Assembly (NCBI GenBank): GCA_964658305.1
Contig: OZ210885.1
Span: forward strand, 13,826,001-13,890,000
Length of the DNA: 64,000 nt
From: Leptogorgia sarmentosa
Taxonomy: Eukaryota
Direction of reading: 5' to 3'
Shown here: one piece after another, positions 60,301 through 64,000 of the stretch
Numbering within the stretch: the stretch's first letter is position 1
Layout: each line of letters begins with the position of its first letter
Program-made: the position numbers and the translations under genes
Notes under the pieces: generated by a model
What the model was told of the DNA's origin: nothing
Databases searched by the model: none
What the model saw: the letters and a program-made list of their open reading frames with translations, nothing else

Positions 60301-63300
60301 CGAATCTAGAAGTGTAAAGGCCCGTTCACACGAGCGATTCTTAGTGCGGTTTTTTCCTTTTGGAGGATGTGAACGAGCAAACCAGTCACGAATGTTCTGG
60401 TTAAGAAAGATGCACTAAGCAAATTCGTTATTAACTCACTCGTTCACCTTTATCAAAACGAGAAAATTGCCTCGAAAAATCGCACTTGTAAACAAGCCTT
60501 GAATATGGGTTTTCTGGTAAAGCAACATTAGAACATTTGCTTGTGTTTCCAGTCCATTCCTTCGATTGTCCCTGATGCAATGTAGTAAGAACATATCGCT
60601 TCAACTATATAGGAAGTGGAATGAGTTCATGAATTGCTCCTTGTCATTTGTAGTAAACAGGGAAAGTTATGCATGCTAGTTTAAATAGCAATAAATCAAC
60701 GAAAAAATCCTTATTCAAGCTGCATGGATGGATGTTTTATGTACTTTTTGTTGAATAAAGCCCCTTACAGCCCCTCTATGACAAGTTTTTATGTTACAGG
60801 TTTACTTTTAGTTTACTAACCTCCGTGTTCCCAATTTTAGGAATCGTAGTCCATCGAGTGTTAGTTTGTTGCCAGATGACGTCACGGAACATCACACAAG
60901 ATTGGAGGAAAGTTTTACAATACATTTAGGTAATCAAATATATAATTTCTAAACCTAAAAGTTGTATTTAGAAATAACGTTGTGGCATTCAGGTATATAA
61001 GTTGTATAATGTTGGGGAAATGCCAACTTAAATGTTCATATACAGCACTTGAACTTTCATTCGATATTAAGCGAGATATAATTGATTTTAAAATGAAGTT
61101 CGGTCTGAAAATTAGCAAAAAATCAGCTAAAACGTCCTATCAAATTTCTTTGAAGTTATTGTGCTATCTATTCCCAGTATTGTAAATTTTAAAGTAGATT
61201 TTCAATGTCTTAGATTTCGTATTGATTTCATGGTTTTCGATTAAAAGCGGTTTATTTTATCTTTTGTATCCACCGGGAGATGCAAAATGTAATATCTGCA
61301 AGGCCAAGATGAGTTAATTATATGTTTATTTGATTGGGCGATTTATGGTAATTTGATGCATTTTCAAAACTGCTGTTTGGAAATGAAATCGCAATATATC
61401 ATTCAATATTGCTTGAACATCATCGTGTCATATATAAAAATTTAAGTTAGGCCTTTCTGAATGCAAAATTTTACAGAGACTATACCTGGCCAGTGTGACT
61501 GGTATAACAAATCAAACAGCGATACTTTTTTTGAGTAGTAGTAGAAGTATCACAGAAAAACTGGTCTGATTTTCAATCACAATGTAAGACGTGCATTTTG
61601 TTTCTTTGGAGAATGAAGAACTTTATAAATGACCGAATAAAACATTTTTCGAACAAATTGACGTCACTGTGATGTGACATTGCATATAATGAGAAGCCGT
61701 AAAACCTCAATGTCTTGTAGAGTGTTACATTGAACTCATGAACCTAATATATGGGTAGATATGAATGTGAACATGCCGAAAAACCTATTTTTCGTTACAG
61801 TATATTGCGGGCGATGAACTTTATCGAGGTATTCCAAAATTAGTTGCAGCTATTCGTTCTGCAAATTGACATCGCATTGATGTTAGTTTACGTAATCAAA
61901 CCTTGGTCAGTGTGTGAGGAACAAAGTGTATGAACACTACCAGTTGTCTTTTTGGCCTTTTATTGGGCCTATAATAGGGGCAAAACGGCTATGGAGCCAA
62001 AATGGCCCTTTTCTTCTGACTGTTTAGTACAAGTCTTTTTGACAAATAAATACAGTCGAACCTCTCCTTGCGGACACCTCTTGTAAGCGGACACCTCTCG
62101 TAAGCGGACACCATTCTTAGGTCCCTGCCAAACCTCTATTAAATTACTATATTTACGACCTCTCTTAAGCGGACACCTCTCGTAAGCGGACGCGGACACC
62201 AAAACCAAATCCAAAATGACATTATAACCTCTTGTAAGCGGTCAATTTGCATTCTGCTTCCATTGACATAATTTTTATCAGTTTATGACCGGCGGCTAAA
62301 TATCAACATCTGTTTGGTGTTGATAACAATAACAAGAACATGTTGTATACTCTGGACATTAAAAATCGATAATCATCTGGTGAAAAATTCAAGTACGGTC
62401 AACTCTCGCTTTGCGGACACCTCGCTATTGGCAACACTTTGTTTTTTTGGTAAAAATATAACCAATATTTAATTGGTCATATATGTTTAACCAATTGTGA
62501 ATTGGTTTAAATCACCAATTAAAATTGGTTGCAACCTAAAAAATTAGTCATTTTAACCAATATTTATATTCTAAATCCTTGTATTTATGTGTGCGTATTT
62601 TTTTTGTCACAAAGGAGCGCAGATGAAATCAACTCATAATCTTCGGTTGATGTGTGGTGATCTTTTGGACCTTTGTCGCTATAAACCTGCTAAACCAGGG
62701 TAAGGAACTTTCGTAGATATAAGAAACTCATCCTATATTGTATAGAATAATAAGTATTTTGTTAAGACGAAGATTTTCTGTATGTGACGTATGTCGCGCT
62801 CAAAACTCAGTTCATCGAAATAACAATTTCAAATTTTGAAGATTCTCAGTTTGCAGACAAATTCAGAAAGCATGATGGATGAATAATTAATGACGTAAAA
62901 CGAAAATAAAAGGATTTTGGAGAGTATGCCAACGAGAAAATTACGTTTAAAATCTTCCTATTTTATTTATTGCTGCATGGTTGTGACGGGCATTATATAG
63001 CTCCTAATTTTTATATCCCTTTTAGTTTCTCAATCCCTAGGAAACACGGTTTGAAAGATTGCGAAATGTTTTCTCAATATAATGATCATAGAACAATTTG
63101 ATTTTGAGAGGAACCCCAAAAAGATTTTAAATTTTGGACACATTTCGTCGAAAATACGTGACATAGAAAAAACTATCCTCTTAATGATAGGGGATGAACG
63201 TGGGGATGTCAAATATTGTCGTAAAGAGATATAAAGACGTATTTACTTTTAACTATAGGAGTAGTATCTTGGCACAACCACAAAGAATTCAAACAGCCAT

Positions 63301-63380
63301 GTCATTGTATTCTCAGTCACTTTCTGGATTGGTTCTGCTTGTTGATAATAGAATAAATTCATACACCGGAATAAAGAAAG
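54176..63380 (+). CDS. C12orf4: C12orf4 / FERRY endosomal RAB5 effector complex subunit 3 homologue (DUF2362 family), 5' part; continues beyond the window
   Basis: Exons 54176-54356, 55666-55996, 57200-57311, 59192-59306, 60195-60216, 60841-60929, 62615-62699, 63259-63380, all GT-AG and phase-compatible. Motifs: [11 protein letters not shown]...[66 protein letters not shown]. Confidence 0.92.
54472..55080. repeat. 17-bp minisatellite (GTTAGTTACCCTGAGAA), about 35 copies, in C12orf4 intron 1
   Basis: Seen directly; head-to-tail with no spacers. Confidence 0.97.
55666..55996 (+). CDS. C12orf4: C12orf4 exon 2
   Basis: 331 nt, ttttag|...aaaa|gtaagt. Confidence 0.9.
56215..56785. repeat. Copy of the 28280-28560 element interrupted by a nested, oppositely oriented palindromic element (about 56281-56575)
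   Basis: TAGTATACACCCAACCATCGTCTATTAC... matches 28281 and resumes at about 56590 (GACCACGG...AAAAGCAAAGGAAAACAATATGGC). Confidence 0.8.
57200..57311 (+). CDS. C12orf4: C12orf4 exon 3
   Basis: QHEEMQRAL...[13 protein letters not shown]; 112 nt. Confidence 0.88.
57926..58117. mobile_element. Harbinger-like MITE
   Basis: TAAGG...GATTATCGTATACGATTT / AAATCGTATACGATAATC...CCTTA. Confidence 0.7.
59192..59306 (+). CDS. C12orf4: C12orf4 exon 4
   Basis: [25 protein letters not shown]...; 115 nt. Confidence 0.88.
59684..60050. mobile_element. P-superfamily-like MITE, copy 2
   Basis: Direct match to 34929-35340 with an internal deletion. Confidence 0.82.
60195..60216 (+). CDS. C12orf4: C12orf4 22-nt microexon (DPVGQVER)
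   Basis: atttag|...gaaag|gtatat; bridges a phase 1 donor to a phase 2 acceptor. Confidence 0.65.
60841..60929 (+). CDS. C12orf4: C12orf4 exon (...[10 protein letters not shown])
   Basis: 89 nt, ttttag|...ttag|gtaatc. Confidence 0.88.
62053..62245 (+). mobile_element. pogo/Tigger-like MITE 5' end
   Basis: TA|CAGTCGAACCTC followed by repeated TAAGCGGACACC subterminal motifs. Confidence 0.7.
62615..62699 (+). CDS. C12orf4: C12orf4 exon ([24 protein letters not shown])
   Basis: 85 nt, donor gtaagg. Confidence 0.9.
62762..63184 (-). mobile_element. Kolobok-like MITE, copy 3
   Basis: TTAAGACGA...TCCTCTTAA; reverse complement of 21776-22188. Confidence 0.75.
63259..63380 (+). CDS. C12orf4: C12orf4 exon ([28 protein letters not shown])
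   Basis: 122 nt, ctatag|...aaag|gtaatg. Confidence 0.9.
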
Positions 63381-64000
63381 GTAATGGGTTAAATAGAGAC
63401 AATAACAAGAGAACTAATCGTTTAACCAATGGAATTCTTTTAAAAAGCGTTAGTTATGCTATATTTGAGTTGAAAAGTTAACTCTAAGTAATATGGAATG
63501 ATAACGTCATATAAACATCCCATAACGTGAAGCCAATATGGCTGCCTCGAAACTCATTTGATTGGTATTTATTTTTTATTATTTACCTATAATAAACTAC
63601 GTTTCCGCAACCTTGAAAGTACATTATAAAAAGAGCTGATGCTTTGTCTTTTTAAAGGATTGGTAGAATAGTCTCGAAATCTTTATCGAAAGCCTAAAAC
63701 GTCATCGAAAAACTAAAAATTTTCTAGCGGTTTTTGCTCGATTTTCGTTTTGTTTGCTGTATATTTCTACATGCAGTAAACAATTTTTTCTAGCTTTAGC
63801 TATGTATACATGATTCGAAAGCACCATTGTCTTACTGTGCTCTTAGATAAAATTGAAATCATACGATCATCCATTTTCGACCTGTAGTTTTTGGCCAGAT
63901 AATTTTAAATAGTAGTACGGTACTATTTTAATATAATTAGAAGTGCCGTAGTCAAAGTTACTTCTAACATGCGTTTTGTTTAATTTAATATGTATGTTCA

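Overview
AT-rich, intron-rich animal (eukaryotic) DNA; the gene and repeat content suggests a cnidarian, possibly an octocoral (inference only). Genes: (1) the last two exons of an astacin-family metalloprotease with a Gly-rich linker and a tandem ShK tail (+); (2) two intronless rhodopsin-class GPCRs; (3) a complete FNBP4 (formin-binding protein 4, two WW domains) on the minus strand, hand-assembled as 21 phase-compatible exons (53592->21633, about 922 aa); (4) the 5' part of a head-to-head C12orf4/FERRY3 homologue (+, from 54176, running off the window). Introns and intergenic DNA are packed with non-autonomous DNA transposons (Tc1/pogo-, Harbinger-, hAT-, P-, Kolobok- and Crypton-like), a LINE 3' fragment, tRNA-derived repeats and minisatellites. 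Most interesting observations: (a) the FNBP4 intron that splits WW domain 2 looks like a splicing switch, with a 196-codon in-frame read-through, a proximal acceptor creating a stop-containing exon, and an orphan perfect donor; (b) about a dozen long hairpins with unrelated arms share one leader motif and one CTCG-[TTCG loop]-CTCG apex, some next to Crypton-like protein remnants; (c) three unrelated MITE-like families carry the same cargo order: tRNA-like Pol III promoter, oligo-T, degenerate TTAGGG repeats. All calls were made by eye; no searches were run.
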